Part shown: positions 9,378 to 20,715 of the stretch, in pieces
Position numbering within the stretch: the stretch's first letter is position 1
Layout of the letters: each line of letters starts with the position of its first letter
NCBI GenBank assembly: GCA_913047675.1
Contig: CAJWTO010000003.1
Span: forward strand, 6,670-70,669
Direction of reading: 5' to 3'
Origin: an uncultured Pseudomonadota bacterium
GTDB taxonomy: Bacteria; Pseudomonadota; Gammaproteobacteria; Ga0077536
Length of the DNA: 64,000 nt
Made by a program: the position numbers and the translations under genes
The notes under the pieces: model-generated
Databases searched by the model: none
Told to the model about the DNA's origin: nothing
The model's input: only the letters and a program-made list of their open reading frames with translations

Positions 9378-10403
9378 ATGACGCACAAAGTTACAATTCA
9401 GCAAAGCGGCAATTCATTTATTGCTAAAGAGAACGAAACTATACTAGCTGCAGCAATGCGCTCTGGTTACACACTACCTTACGGATGTCGTAATGGCGCC
9501 TGCGCCGCTTGTAAGGGTAGAATTATGCAAGGAACGGTAGACCATGGTAATCCGCAAAGTTCTGCGCTCGCAGATTTCGAAAAACGTGATGGACTTACTT
9601 TGTTCTGCCAAGCAATTCCTCAAAGCGATCTGACTATCGAGGCTCGTGAAATTGAGACAACTGGAGACATCGAGGTGCGCCGATTGCCAAGTCGCGTCCA
9701 AGAGATAGAACGCGTCGCCGAGGACGTTGTTATACTCAAACTTAAATTACCGGCCAACGAAAGATTTCAATTTTTTGCGGGACAGTATATCGACGTACTA
9801 CTTCGCGAGGGAAAACGACGAAGCTACTCCATGGGCAATCCCCCTCATGAGAACGAATATCTCGAATTACACGTTCGGAGTATGGCAAACGGAACTTTTA
9901 CAAAACAAGTTTTTGAAACGCTCAAGGAAAAAGATATCCTCAGATTTGAAGGTCCTCTAGGGACTTTTTTCCTACGAGAAGAGACAGAAAAACCGATAAT
10001 TTTTGTTGCTAGCGGGACTGGCTTTGCACCGATCAAAAGTATCATTGAGTATACCTTTGACAAAAACATTAACAGAAAAATGGTTCTATATTGGGGCGGA
10101 AGAAGGCCTAAGGATATTTATATGAGTGAGTTGGCGACTCACTGGGAAGAGGAACACGACAACTTTAGTTTTATTCCCGTCATTTCTGATCAAGAACCAG
10201 ATGACGAATGGGAAGGAAGAACCGGACTTGTTCATACTGCCGCCATGGTAGATTACCCCGACATGACAAACTACGAAGTTTATTCATGCGGAGTTCCAGC
10301 AATGGTGGAAGCCGCACTCAAAGACTTCACCGAACAATGCAAGTTACCTGAAGGTGCATTTTTCTCTGATGCGTTTACACCTTCTGTCGACCCAAAAACA
10401 TAG
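9378..10403 (+). CDS. 2Fe-2S ferredoxin / FAD / NAD(P)H oxidoreductase (FNR family, AscD/Fre-like)
   Basis: 341 aa. Plant-type 2Fe-2S cluster CRNGACAACKG...C, the FAD motif RSYSM and the NAD motif SGTGFAP. Confidence 0.8.
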   Translation: MTHKVTIQQSGNSFIAKENETILAAAMRSGYTLPYGCRNGACAACKGRIMQGTVDHGNPQSSALADFEKRDGLTLFCQAIPQSDLTIEAREIETTGDIEVRRLPSRVQEIERVAEDVVILKLKLPANERFQFFAGQYIDVLLREGKRRSYSMGNPPHENEYLELHVRSMANGTFTKQVFETLKEKDILRFEGPLGTFFLREETEKPIIFVASGTGFAPIKSIIEYTFDKNINRKMVLYWGGRRPKDIYMSELATHWEEEHDNFSFIPVISDQEPDDEWEGRTGLVHTAAMVDYPDMTNYEVYSCGVPAMVEAALKDFTEQCKLPEGAFFSDAFTPSVDPKT

Positions 10404-10424
10404 TCCTCGAATTAAAAAAATGTG

Positions 10425-13205
10425 TTAGCCGCTATTTCTAAGTCCGGCTGAAATTCCGTTGATTGTTTGAAGTATTGACCGCTTTAATTTTTCATCGTGA
10501 TTACCACTCCGATATCGTTGCATGAGTTCAATTTGCAAATGGTTGAGCGTATCGATGTAAGGTGACCGACTCTGTAATGCTCTAGAGAGCGAAGGATTTC
10601 TCTCCAACAAGCATGATTGATCACTAATTTTTAGCAACCATTTGACCGAAAGCGTCCACTCTTGCTCAATTCGTCCAAATATACGACTCCTTAACACTTC
10701 GTCTTGAACTAATTCAGCATATCTACGGGCAATTCCAAAGTCACTTTTAGCGAGAACCATATCCATATTCGAAAGCATGACATTGAAAAATGCCCAATCT
10801 CGATACATGTCTTGCAAAGTTACTAGTGCCTCATCACCGCGGTTTTTGACCCAAGATTCGACCGCTGAACCAAAACCGTACCAACCAGGCAGCATTATCC
10901 TGGATAAAGACCACGAAAATACCCAGGGGATAGCTCTGAGGTCTTCAATGCCGTTAGACTTGCTCCGAGATGAAGGTCGACTCCCGACATTCAAATCGGC
11001 AATTTCTGCAATCGGTGTTGCTTGACGGAAAAACTCCACAAATCCAGAGTCTTCAAATACCAAGGAACGGTATGTATTAAAACTGTCCTGAGCCATTTCA
11101 CGTAAAGTATTCTCATACTCAGAAAGCGTCTCTGAGCGGTCATTATCCGCCGGAACGACTGTCGCCTGAAGCGTTGCTGCCACAAGTGTCTCAAGATTAC
11201 GGCGACCGATTTCGGGATCAGAGTATTTACTGGCTATCACCTCACCCTGCTCAGTAATTCTGATCTGGCCAGCCACACTTCCAGTCGGTTGAGCAAGAAT
11301 AGCCTCGTAACTCGGACCTCCACCACGTCCGACTGTTCCGCCTCTGCCGTGAAATATTCGGAGTTTTACGCCGTGAGCTTCAAACACTCTTACAAGCTGT
11401 TTCTCCGCCCGATATATCTCCCAATTAGCCGTTAAAAAGCCGCCATCCTTATTGCTATCCGAATAACCGAGCATCACTTCCTGAACATTATCTCTATTAC
11501 TCACCAGTTTCCTATAAAACGGATCGGAGAATAGCGCATGCATCACCTCAGAAGAGTTTCTCAAGTCAGTAATTGTTTCGAACAGCGGCACAATATTCAT
11601 CGATGAAGTTGGATTTTCGCCCGCGATTAAACCGCCAGATTCCTTCAACAGAAGCGCAACCTCAAAGATATCACTCACATCGTTGGTTTGAGATATAACG
11701 TAATTTGCTATCGATGCTGCCCCGTAACCGCGCTGGAGCTTATTGGCAGCGTCTAGAATCTTAAGCTCTTTATGAGTCAAATCGTCATACTCAAGGAAGG
11801 TTGACCTTAAAGGCCTTGATACACTCAACTCGCTCAACAACCAATCTCTTTTCTCCTGCTCATCAAGGTTCTCGTAACCTGTCTTACTCATCCCTCGAGC
11901 GAAGAGATCAGAAATTACTCGCTCGTGTATCCCTGAATGCTGTCTCATATCCAGCGAAGCAAGGTGGAACCCAAATACATCAGCAGCTCGCATTAAAGCG
12001 CGAATTCTTCCTCTTGCCACTAAAGCGCTTCTGTTCTGATACAACGAATCACTAATAATCCTTAGGTCCGATGAGAACTCCCCTGGACTAGTATAGCCAG
12101 CCGCATTGTTTTTAAGCGCATACTCAGATAAGTCCCGCTCATCGGCAAACGCCTTAGCTAATCGAGCACGAATCGCCATAATTGCGCGCCTATAATGCTC
12201 ATCTTTCCTATGGTCAGAGCTGTCTATCGATTGATCCCCGAGGCCCACCAATTGGTCCGTAACTTGAACACGCCAATCCGACTGAGACAGCTCCCCGGCC
12301 AAAGCCTCTAACTCATTTTGGTAATACTGATACAGTCTTCGACTCTGTTTTTCAACGGCATACGTCATCACTTCATCTGTAACGAAAGGATTGCCGTCTC
12401 GGTCTCCACCAATCCAACTACCCATTTTGAAAAAACTTCCTAAAGCAGCAGAAGACACACGATGTTGCGAGGTCGAATTAATGCGATCCTCAATATCACC
12501 ATAGAGACGAGGTAACTCATTTAAAAAAGTAGATTCATAAAATGAAATACCGTTATCTATTTCATCTTGTACGCTCAGCTTCAGTGCTCGCAAAATACGG
12601 GTTTGCCACAGCGTCAGTATTGACCTGCGAAGCAGCTCTTCATTTCTACGCAACTCAACGGGAGTCAAGTTCTCTCGGTCTCGTTTATTTAATAGGTCTG
12701 CAATCTGATTCTGAAGATCTAGGATACTTTTTCGTTGAACCTCAGTAGGGTGTGCGGTGAGAACCGGCACAATTAAACTCCGAGAAAAAAAATCCTCTAA
12801 ATCACTAGACGTCATCGCTTGAACTTTAGGCATATTCATCACCGCCTCCAATGAGCCGGCCTGCGGACCTGAACGAGCCGCTTCATAGGCACGTCGACGA
12901 CGAACGTGATGCTGATCCTCCGCAATATTAGCAAGAAGCGAGAAATAACAGTACGATCGAATTACAACACTGGTTTCATAACTACCCAAAGATCTCAGTC
13001 TGTCGAAAAGCTTTCTTTTTGCCGTTTCGGTTCCATTGCGCTGAAGAGAAACGGATAGCCGCCTCGTCTTTTCCACAAGGTCATATAAATTCTGACCTTC
13101 TTGATCGCGAATTGTATCGCCCAAAATTCCGCCAAGGAGCCTAACGTCCTTTCGGAGGGCATGCTCTTTCCGGGACAGTCCAGTCGTTTTAACGTACTTA
13201 TTCAT
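10425..13205 (-). CDS. ppc: Phosphoenolpyruvate carboxylase
   Basis: 926 aa with the motifs VLTAHPTE, VMLGYSDSNKDGG and FHGRGGTVGRGGGP, and a C-terminal ...GLRNSG. Confidence 0.97.
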   Translation of the reverse strand: MNKYVKTTGLSRKEHALRKDVRLLGGILGDTIRDQEGQNLYDLVEKTRRLSVSLQRNGTETAKRKLFDRLRSLGSYETSVVIRSYCYFSLLANIAEDQHHVRRRRAYEAARSGPQAGSLEAVMNMPKVQAMTSSDLEDFFSRSLIVPVLTAHPTEVQRKSILDLQNQIADLLNKRDRENLTPVELRRNEELLRRSILTLWQTRILRALKLSVQDEIDNGISFYESTFLNELPRLYGDIEDRINSTSQHRVSSAALGSFFKMGSWIGGDRDGNPFVTDEVMTYAVEKQSRRLYQYYQNELEALAGELSQSDWRVQVTDQLVGLGDQSIDSSDHRKDEHYRRAIMAIRARLAKAFADERDLSEYALKNNAAGYTSPGEFSSDLRIISDSLYQNRSALVARGRIRALMRAADVFGFHLASLDMRQHSGIHERVISDLFARGMSKTGYENLDEQEKRDWLLSELSVSRPLRSTFLEYDDLTHKELKILDAANKLQRGYGAASIANYVISQTNDVSDIFEVALLLKESGGLIAGENPTSSMNIVPLFETITDLRNSSEVMHALFSDPFYRKLVSNRDNVQEVMLGYSDSNKDGGFLTANWEIYRAEKQLVRVFEAHGVKLRIFHGRGGTVGRGGGPSYEAILAQPTGSVAGQIRITEQGEVIASKYSDPEIGRRNLETLVAATLQATVVPADNDRSETLSEYENTLREMAQDSFNTYRSLVFEDSGFVEFFRQATPIAEIADLNVGSRPSSRSKSNGIEDLRAIPWVFSWSLSRIMLPGWYGFGSAVESWVKNRGDEALVTLQDMYRDWAFFNVMLSNMDMVLAKSDFGIARRYAELVQDEVLRSRIFGRIEQEWTLSVKWLLKISDQSCLLERNPSLSRALQSRSPYIDTLNHLQIELMQRYRSGNHDEKLKRSILQTINGISAGLRNSG

Positions 13206-13212
13206 TCACCAC

Positions 13213-14391
13213 TCATTCCTTACTAAAAATCATAGCTTGCCGAACAGCAAACAACTCTAATTGCACTCTAGATTCCTCTAATCGATTCATCATTTTAAAT
13301 AGTTTAGATAACTCATATGCCACTTCAGCAGAGGCATCGAGCGCATCACAGGCACGGAAATAACTCTCGGATTTTCCCCACAGCTCTCGATCACGACACA
13401 TAACCCCAAGCCCCATGAGTAACGCCGGATTACGGGGTTGGCTAACTAACCACCCCTCCGCTTTTTCTAGAGCCGACGAATCTTGCCCCACTGATACCTG
13501 TGCATAATGTTTAACCAAGTCATCATCCCAAGCGGAATGCAAATAATCCTCAACTATTTTTTGTGCAGCTATGGTGTCACCCAATGAACAGAACACTTTT
13601 GATATCGTCAGAACAAAGCTTGGCTCCCCTCGAATTCGTTTGCTGGCCTGTTTAATCACTTGCTTCACCTCGGGTAGTGACATGTCGCGGTTAATTAATC
13701 GCCCAAGAATTGCTTCGAGCTCAATGCGATGACAGTCGTCCGAACTAATCGCATCAAATTTTCTAATATCTTTCATCAATACCAGAACTTGCTTCCAATC
13801 GCGGCCAAGGCGTGACGCTTCGAGCTCAACCCGAACAGAGCTCGCACTTCTTTTTTTCATTTTATGAAGCGCGGCTAGCGTATCGTGATACCGACCTTCT
13901 TCGATTAACATTAATGCTTGAGCGAGATAGACATCATCCCCTTCGTTTAACTCGACTAGTTGGGTAATATATGAATCACGATCAGAGTAATAACCCTCAA
14001 CGTGCGCAGCTTTAGCCGCAATTAAAAGCGTTTCCTTAGAAACCTTAGTGTTTTCTTGGATATCTTTCTTACTTTGTTTGTATAAGATTGAGGTTTCTGC
14101 GGTAATTAAATTTTTGATGGCATCTCTTAGTTTTAAGATCTCTCTTTGTCCCTGTCGGCTCTTTAAATAAGCTAACAACCTTCTCTTTGAACTAAGCACA
14201 AAGGAAAGTATCCTGAGGCTGAGATACAAAAATACAATTAAGGCTATTTGAAAAATAACAAATACTGTTAGAGAAAACTCAACTTGGTAACCAAATCCTC
14301 TGAAAAGAACAATTCCATCGCTGTACTTCGCAAAAGATACGAAAGCAAACGCAAAAAATCCAATAGCTAACAGCGAAAAAATTGATCTCAT
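13213..14391 (-). CDS. hemY: HemY-family membrane/TPR protein
   Basis: 392 aa with two N-terminal TM helices followed by TPR-like repeats. It is the last gene of the hemC-hemD-hemX-hemY order. Confidence 0.75.
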   Translation of the reverse strand: MRSIFSLLAIGFFAFAFVSFAKYSDGIVLFRGFGYQVEFSLTVFVIFQIALIVFLYLSLRILSFVLSSKRRLLAYLKSRQGQREILKLRDAIKNLITAETSILYKQSKKDIQENTKVSKETLLIAAKAAHVEGYYSDRDSYITQLVELNEGDDVYLAQALMLIEEGRYHDTLAALHKMKKRSASSVRVELEASRLGRDWKQVLVLMKDIRKFDAISSDDCHRIELEAILGRLINRDMSLPEVKQVIKQASKRIRGEPSFVLTISKVFCSLGDTIAAQKIVEDYLHSAWDDDLVKHYAQVSVGQDSSALEKAEGWLVSQPRNPALLMGLGVMCRDRELWGKSESYFRACDALDASAEVAYELSKLFKMMNRLEESRVQLELFAVRQAMIFSKE

Positions 14392-14472
14392 GTAACAAAT
14401 CCTAACGAAAATAGCATTGTTTCGCGAGCATGCGCATCAGATCCTAGTTTAAATATGAAATCAATCAGCGAT

Positions 14473-15537
14473 CTAATCCGAATTCATTTTAAGAAAATAA
14501 TCTTTAATCGAGTTTAGGGTCGAAGAAAAATTAGGAACGGTGACGTCCGTCATACCTTTTAAATTTTCAATCAAGGCTAAAGCAGCCTGAGTCTCTGGTC
14601 CGTTCGGATCGAAGTGCGAACTAACATACACTTTAACTTCCTCAATACGGATCGCAAGTTGGGATATGTCGTTCGCTCTAACCAAATACACCAACTCTAA
14701 AAGTTTTAACCTCAGAGTCTCTCGAGAAAAATATTTGGTATCTAATGTTGCAATAGACCCATCTAACTGCCGCACTTTTATGAGTGATTTAAGTTCTTGC
14801 CAAAAATTCGCCAACAGCGACCGGTCCGTATTTAGACCTGGATTATCAACCTTAAAACCTAGACCAACAGCAGACTTGGCAGCTGATAATTCCATTCGAG
14901 CCGAAGACTCTGTCAAGCGCCCTATCAAACTCTCTATCGCCGCCCTATTAATCGTTTTTGCACTATCTAAAGATGTTAAATCTTGGTCGAGCATGGCAGT
15001 GATTTCCTGACCTTCCGGCTCCAACTCCAAATAAGCGGCCGTATCCCTGAGTTGTCGCAAATAAGCTAAGCTTTCTTTCTTTGTGGACACGGTAAGCGGG
15101 GAGCCGTGCAACTGTGTAAGTAAATCCTTCAGGTGCCACAAAACAGCGGACTGCTCCACCTCCGAATTTAATTCAAGAGGTGGTTTTTTATTTTCAAGTT
15201 GCTTAACGGTGATGGTCAACCGTTCGAGATCAAGTCCGTGTGATTTAATTGTTTCATTTAAATCAGGATTACCAGCTCTCAATTCGGTTTGCAATTGTTT
15301 GGCGTATTTTTGTAATTCAAGCTTATTCGTTTCAATTTGCTCGTTTTTATTCACAATGCCTTGGATATACCAAACACCAAATGGAATGACTACCACTAAG
15401 TTACACAGTGTAATGATCGTAGAGAGCCCAATTAGCCAAGACCTCTTCGGTTTCGAAGCGTCTTCGGCTGAGAGGCTAGGTTCATTCACACCATCCTCCT
15501 CAGAATTCTTTGATTCCAAACTTTGTTGATCTATCAA
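14473..15537 (-). CDS. hemX: HemX-family membrane protein (uroporphyrinogen-III methyltransferase-like annotation family)
   Basis: 354 aa with a single TM helix after an acidic N-terminus and a long coiled-coil region. Position between hemD and hemY. Confidence 0.7.
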   Translation of the reverse strand: MIDQQSLESKNSEEDGVNEPSLSAEDASKPKRSWLIGLSTIITLCNLVVVIPFGVWYIQGIVNKNEQIETNKLELQKYAKQLQTELRAGNPDLNETIKSHGLDLERLTITVKQLENKKPPLELNSEVEQSAVLWHLKDLLTQLHGSPLTVSTKKESLAYLRQLRDTAAYLELEPEGQEITAMLDQDLTSLDSAKTINRAAIESLIGRLTESSARMELSAAKSAVGLGFKVDNPGLNTDRSLLANFWQELKSLIKVRQLDGSIATLDTKYFSRETLRLKLLELVYLVRANDISQLAIRIEEVKVYVSSHFDPNGPETQAALALIENLKGMTDVTVPNFSSTLNSIKDYFLKMNSD

Positions 15538-15557
15538 GAGAAAGCCCTTTTAGTCTT

Positions 15558-16319
15558 CTAATTCACCGATGCAAACCAGTCTTCAATACTTTTTATCATC
15601 GCCTCACCAGCATCATGACAAACACAAACAGTTTTAACGCCCCTGATGAGGGCTTCATCAGCAATAGCAGAATGATTCACGAACAACGGTATGGTCGTCA
15701 ACTTTGTCGTCCGCCCCTTAAATTGAGCGAACATATTACCGATCGACCGCCGACTAGTTGCAATCCATGCGTCAAGCCCCATGGCCGATTCGCCCAAACT
15801 TTCTAAATGCGTAGAGTCTCTAATATCTGATCGACGATAACACGTAAAAGTCTGCACTTTTACACCTTCACGCCGCAATGCTTGCTCCAAGCGCCCATCT
15901 CCACCTTCACCGTTAACGACTAACACACGAGAAGAAGGTAGATCTAGCTGGTTTCGAAGCAGCACAACGAGCGCATGTGCTCCGCCCTGACCGTCCGGGA
16001 AAAGCACTTTATTACAACCTTCATCCAATACTTTATTTGCGGTAACACGGCCCGTAGCCGCTATCAGAATGCCTGCCGAGCCCTCTATCAGCCCCTTAGC
16101 TTTTTTCCATCCCATCTCAACTGACGTTGGACTTACAAAAATAATTGCATCGTATGTTACTACTAAACTGACCGGCTTAGCATTCAACTCAATCAAATCG
16201 ATAGCGGGACAAAGTACTGCTCGTCCGGCTCGACTTGCTATTTGCTCCATCAGATAATCTGCTTGCATCCGCGGTCGTGCAATCAATATTCCTTTGCCTT
16301 CTAAAGACTCCAAACTCAC
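15558..16319 (-). CDS. hemD: Uroporphyrinogen-III synthase HemD
   Basis: 253 aa directly downstream of hemC, with a two-lobed HemD-like sequence (...ILIARPR...FVSPTSV...). Confidence 0.8.
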   Translation of the reverse strand: MSLESLEGKGILIARPRMQADYLMEQIASRAGRAVLCPAIDLIELNAKPVSLVVTYDAIIFVSPTSVEMGWKKAKGLIEGSAGILIAATGRVTANKVLDEGCNKVLFPDGQGGAHALVVLLRNQLDLPSSRVLVVNGEGGDGRLEQALRREGVKVQTFTCYRRSDIRDSTHLESLGESAMGLDAWIATSRRSIGNMFAQFKGRTTKLTTIPLFVNHSAIADEALIRGVKTVCVCHDAGEAMIKSIEDWFASVN

Positions 16320-16328
16320 AATATACGC

Positions 16329-17252
16329 CTATTCAATTCCACCAAGAAGCTCCCGGGCGCCCATGTCATTCAACTCATTAACGAGCTTTCTACTCAACCT
16401 TATGGCACCAGACTTATTATTTTCGTCTCTACCCGCCACTCTGAGGCACTCCGATCCATTTGGGGTAGCAACAAAGGCACTCATCTCGAGGTGGTTATCT
16501 GAGAAACGGGCATAAACCCCTATAGGTGATGTGCATGCCCCCCCCAATGACCTGGACACCGAGCGTTCACCCTCTACGCATATTCTTGTTTGTTCATGAT
16601 CCAGTAAGCGCAACAAGTCAACAATATCCTGCCTTACTTCGAGGCACTCAACCCCTAAAGCCCCTTGTCCTGCCGAGGGAATACTGACATCAACTGGAAG
16701 ATGTTGAACAATTCGGTCTTTAAGGCCCAGCCTTTCCAATCCGGCTGCGGCTAAAATAATGCCATCAAACTGACCCTCATCAAGCTTACGCAAACGGGTT
16801 TGAACGTTTCCTCTCAATGGTTGTACCTCTAAGTCTATAAAACGGTTTCTTATTTGACTTTCTCGCCTTAGACTCGACGTTCCGATTACTCCTCCCTTTG
16901 GGACGTCACCCAAACGCTGGTACTTGGAAGAAACAAACGCGTCTCTTACATCTTCTCTATCTAAAATGGCCGATATGCAAAAACCCTTTGGCAAATTAAC
17001 CGGCACGTCTTTCATAGAATGAACCGCAATATCAGCCCGCCCGTCCAGCATCGCTTGTTCTAACTCTTTAACAAATAAACCCTTCCCTCCTATCTTCGCG
17101 AGAGAAGTTTCTAATTTTTGATCGCCTTCAGTCGTCATCCCCAGGATGTCGACTTTTAACTTAGAGTCAGCGTTCAGTAGCAGATCTTTTATCCTATTAG
17201 CCTGCCAAAGTGCTAATGCACTCTCCCGAGTCGCTATAACCACTTTATTCAT
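16329..17252 (-). CDS. hemC: Porphobilinogen deaminase (hydroxymethylbilane synthase) HemC
   Basis: VVIATRESALALWQA, RGNVQTRLRKL and the cofactor-Cys region LGGACTSPIG. The track ORF starts at 17279, but the Met at 17252 matches the family N-terminus. Confidence 0.95.
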   Translation of the reverse strand: MNKVVIATRESALALWQANRIKDLLLNADSKLKVDILGMTTEGDQKLETSLAKIGGKGLFVKELEQAMLDGRADIAVHSMKDVPVNLPKGFCISAILDREDVRDAFVSSKYQRLGDVPKGGVIGTSSLRRESQIRNRFIDLEVQPLRGNVQTRLRKLDEGQFDGIILAAAGLERLGLKDRIVQHLPVDVSIPSAGQGALGVECLEVRQDIVDLLRLLDHEQTRICVEGERSVSRSLGGACTSPIGVYARFSDNHLEMSAFVATPNGSECLRVAGRDENNKSGAIRLSRKLVNELNDMGARELLGGIE

Positions 17253-17501
17253 TCGAATTACGTCCAGTTCGCCAACCAAATTTCAAAAAATTGTGAGTGA
17301 CAGTAATCAAGCTGATACCGTCGGCAAATAAGGCTTTATACTATTACTTCACCAAATGACCTTAATGATACCTTACCAAGGCGAGTTTTCCCGTCTATAC
17401 GTGCGAAATATTAATTTTCGATATATGCTGACCAACAAATATAATTTCGCGTCTATAAAACCACTAAAATATAGATACAAAAAATCAATAACTATTCATT
17501 C

Positions 17502-18902
17502 ATGAGCGATAAATTTAAAAACAGTACTCTAGAAGCTTGGTCCGGTCGGTTTAGCGAACCAGTGAACGAACTTGTCAAAAGATATACAGCCTCCGTTGGT
17601 TTTGATTACAAACTTGCCGAATATGACATTCAAGGTTCCATCGCACACGCTGAAATGATGAGTGCACAACAAATAATCAGTGATGAGGAACTTCAAGGGA
17701 TCAAAGAAGGACTTTCTCAAATCAAAACTGAAATTCAAAGTGGGGACTTTAAATGGTCGGTCGATTATGAGGATGTCCACCTGAATATTGAGTATCGACT
17801 CACAGAGTTAATCGGAGATGCTGGTAAAAAACTTCATACCGCTCGGTCAAGGAATGATCAAGTCGCTACAGATATGAGGCTATACGTCAGAGATCAAATA
17901 GATCTAGCGATTAAATTAATATATCAATTCCAAACTAACCTCCTGAATCTCGCGGATCTTCACACCAGGACTGTGATGCCTGGGCTAACTCACCTCCAAG
18001 TGGCTCAACCGATTACTTTTGCGCATCATCTAATGGCTTATTTCGAAATGACCAAACGAGATGTGGAACGACTTAAAGATCTAAATAAACGGGTCAATCA
18101 ACTACCGCTAGGATCAGGAGCGCTAGCCGGCACTACGTTTAGCATTGATCGACTGCACGTTGCGAAGGCGCTAGGTTTCAATGGCGTTTGTGAAAACTCT
18201 TTAGACGCCGTGTCTGACCGTGACTTTGCAATAGAATATTGTATGGTGGCAGCTTTGCTGATGACTCACTTATCGAGATTGTCAGAGGAACTCATACTGT
18301 GGATGAGTCCTCAATTCAACTTCATTGAAATAGCGGACCGCTTCTGTACTGGCTCGTCGATGATGCCTCAAAAAAAGAACCCTGATGTTCCGGAGTTGGT
18401 TAGAGGTAAAACTGGTCGCGTTAATGGGCACGTTGTAGCTTTATTAACCCTAATGAAAGGGCAACCTCTCGCCTACAATAAGGATAACCAAGAAGACAAA
18501 GAGCCTTTGTTTGATACTGCTCAGACGGTGCATGACACCCTTGTCGTGTTCGCCGATATGTTAACCGGGATATCCGTAAATAAAGATTCAATGTACGCAG
18601 CAACAACAAAAGGCTTCGCCACAGCGACTGATATGGCAGATCACCTTGTTCGAAAAGGTCTCCCCTTCAGAGGAGCTCACGAGGTCGTAGCGAAAGCAGT
18701 GAAATCGGCAAGTCAAAAAAAATGTGATATTTCCGACCTTTCGATTAAAGAGCTTAAGCTGATCTGCCCGTTGATTGATGAAAAAATGATAAGTCTCTTA
18801 TCTCCTGAGAAAGCACTTGAAAGTCGCAATCATATTGGCGGCACTGGATCATCAGCCGTGAAAGCTGCTATCTCAAATGGACGCAAGTGGATTAACTCGT
18901 GA
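17502..18902 (+). CDS. argH: Argininosuccinate lyase ArgH
   Basis: 466 aa with the fumarate-lyase signature [12 protein letters not shown] and an ArgH-type N-terminus (WSGRFSEP). Confidence 0.97.
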   Translation: MSDKFKNSTLEAWSGRFSEPVNELVKRYTASVGFDYKLAEYDIQGSIAHAEMMSAQQIISDEELQGIKEGLSQIKTEIQSGDFKWSVDYEDVHLNIEYRLTELIGDAGKKLHTARSRNDQVATDMRLYVRDQIDLAIKLIYQFQTNLLNLADLHTRTVMPGLTHLQVAQPITFAHHLMAYFEMTKRDVERLKDLNKRVNQLPLGSGALAGTTFSIDRLHVAKALGFNGVCENSLDAVSDRDFAIEYCMVAALLMTHLSRLSEELILWMSPQFNFIEIADRFCTGSSMMPQKKNPDVPELVRGKTGRVNGHVVALLTLMKGQPLAYNKDNQEDKEPLFDTAQTVHDTLVVFADMLTGISVNKDSMYAATTKGFATATDMADHLVRKGLPFRGAHEVVAKAVKSASQKKCDISDLSIKELKLICPLIDEKMISLLSPEKALESRNHIGGTGSSAVKAAISNGRKWINS

Positions 18903-19384
18903 CCTTCTCCAAAAAAACTATTCGGGGCGCTGAATTCTTGGGCTGCTCCGGGCTTATCGCTTTTGCACTTTTTCTGCAACACAGTGAAGGACTGGCTCCT
19001 TGTCCAATGTGTATTCTTCAAAGGTATGCGTTTGTCCTTATTGGTATCTTTGCCCTTATCTCTCTGATAATTTCTCCTATAAATATATTTGCGTCTGCCC
19101 TGAATTGGTTAATCATACTTTTTGCAGGGCTTGGTGCTGGCGTTGCCATGAGACACGTATGGCTCGAACATAATCCACCTGAAATATTAGACTGCGGCGC
19201 AGATCTTGGATTCGTCGTTGACACCTTCCCACTAGCTGAGGCTTTACCCATGATATTCAGAGGCACTGGAGATTGCTCTATCGTTCTATGGAGATTCGCG
19301 GGATTATCTATCGCGGAGTGGGCCTTAGTTTGTTTTACGACGATACTTTTAATAGAGGTTTGGCAGATAAAGAGAAAAAACTAA
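18899..19384 (+). CDS. dsbB: Disulfide bond formation protein DsbB
   Basis: 161 aa with four TM helices, the first Cys pair in [11 protein letters not shown] and a second periplasmic loop Cys. There is a 4-nt overlap with argH. Confidence 0.85.
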   Translation: MTFSKKTIRGAEFLGCSGLIAFALFLQHSEGLAPCPMCILQRYAFVLIGIFALISLIISPINIFASALNWLIILFAGLGAGVAMRHVWLEHNPPEILDCGADLGFVVDTFPLAEALPMIFRGTGDCSIVLWRFAGLSIAEWALVCFTTILLIEVWQIKRKN

Positions 19385-19417
19385 GCTAACGTTATTTGAA
19401 ATCGATATCGAAGAACG

Positions 19418-19446
19418 AAAAAAAACCAGCCTTAGCTGGTTTTTTT
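19418..19446. terminator. Bidirectional intrinsic terminator between dsbB (+) and grxD (-)
   Basis: AAAAAAAACCAGC-CTTA-GCTGGTTTTTTT. The 7-bp GC-containing stem (19424-19430 / 19435-19441) is flanked by an A-run and a T-run, so it reads as hairpin plus U-tract on both strands. Confidence 0.85.
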
Positions 19447-19462
19447 AAAACTAACCGTTAAG

Positions 19463-19771
19463 TTATTTTTCAAATAACTTCTGGAGCTCTCCAGATTGAT
19501 ACATCTCCCGCATAATATCTGATCCGCCCACGAACTCACCGTTTATATATAACTGAGGAATAGTCGGCCAATTGGAGTAATCTTTAATCCCTTGACGAAT
19601 ATTCTCATCTGCCAAAACATTCACAGTGGCAACATCCTCCACGCCGCATGCCTCTAGCATTTGCACAGCAGCCGCTGAAAAACCACACATGGGTGCTTCT
19701 GGAGACCCTTTCATATAAAGAACAACGGCATTTTCTGTTACTTGTTGCTTGATTAATTCATTCGTGTCCAT
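19463..19771 (-). CDS. grxD: Monothiol glutaredoxin Grx4/GrxD
   Basis: 102 aa with the CGFS active site and the WPTIPQLYINGEFVGG motif. Confidence 0.95.
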   Translation of the reverse strand: MDTNELIKQQVTENAVVLYMKGSPEAPMCGFSAAAVQMLEACGVEDVATVNVLADENIRQGIKDYSNWPTIPQLYINGEFVGGSDIMREMYQSGELQKLFEK

Positions 19772-19835
19772 TTAAATCCCTTTTCTCACGACTATCAAAT
19801 TACATCTATGTCTTGGATAACATGAATAAGTCTAA

Positions 19836-20690
19836 CTAATATTCAAACATCATTCTACCACCGCTCACCCGAGGGTTACCGCCTAAGTCTGATTTTGCCA
19901 ATAATGACGTAAACCCTTCGGTCCGAAGTAACTTACCACAACTATCGCGTTGATCGTGTCCATGTTCGACAAGTACCCATCCACCCTTATCTAGATAATG
20001 TTTTGATTGCTTAATAATTAGACTCAGTGCATCAAGGCCTGACGCACCAGATGTTAACGCACTCAATGGTTCGTACCTGACGCCTTCACCCTGCAAGTGA
20101 ATATCATCTTCAGCAATATATGGGGGATTTGAAAGAACCAAATCGAACACACCAGAAACCTCAGAGAACCAATCACTCTTTTGAAATTTAATTAGATTAT
20201 TAGGGCATAGAGCCTTGGCGTTTTTCGTTGCAACCTCAAGGGCAACAGACGAAACATCTGTAGCTGTAATTTTAATATGTGGCATGTGAGTCGCTACTGA
20301 AACCGCGATGGCACCTGAACCAGTCCCGAGCTCCAAGACTGTCCGGAGATCATGTTGCTTAATTTTTTGAATTGCCAGATCAACTAGCAGCTCTGTGTCA
20401 GGCCTTGGGATCAGTACGGACTGATTTACCTGAAAAGATAATCCATAGAATTCTTTATATCCGAGAATATAGGCCACTGGCTTACCTTGAAGCCGATCCT
20501 TAAACAATTTTTTATACTTTTCTACCTTTTTAGGATCCAACATAACATTCGGGTCTTTGATCAGTTCCACTGGGTCTAAACTATTCGAGTAAGCAAATAA
20601 AATTTTTATTTCGCTAATGGCTTGAGACCTAGATATACCAAAGGCCTGAGCCAAGCTGACTATGTCAGACTCAAATGAATCGATTTTCAT
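19836..20690 (-). CDS. prmC: Release-factor glutamine N5-methyltransferase PrmC (HemK)
   Basis: 284 aa with LELGTGSGAIA and NPPY motifs, downstream of prfA. Confidence 0.93.
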   Translation of the reverse strand: MKIDSFESDIVSLAQAFGISRSQAISEIKILFAYSNSLDPVELIKDPNVMLDPKKVEKYKKLFKDRLQGKPVAYILGYKEFYGLSFQVNQSVLIPRPDTELLVDLAIQKIKQHDLRTVLELGTGSGAIAVSVATHMPHIKITATDVSSVALEVATKNAKALCPNNLIKFQKSDWFSEVSGVFDLVLSNPPYIAEDDIHLQGEGVRYEPLSALTSGASGLDALSLIIKQSKHYLDKGGWVLVEHGHDQRDSCGKLLRTEGFTSLLAKSDLGGNPRVSGGRMMFEY

Positions 20691-20715
20691 CGTGATTCGA
20701 TGGCTTAGTCTCTAG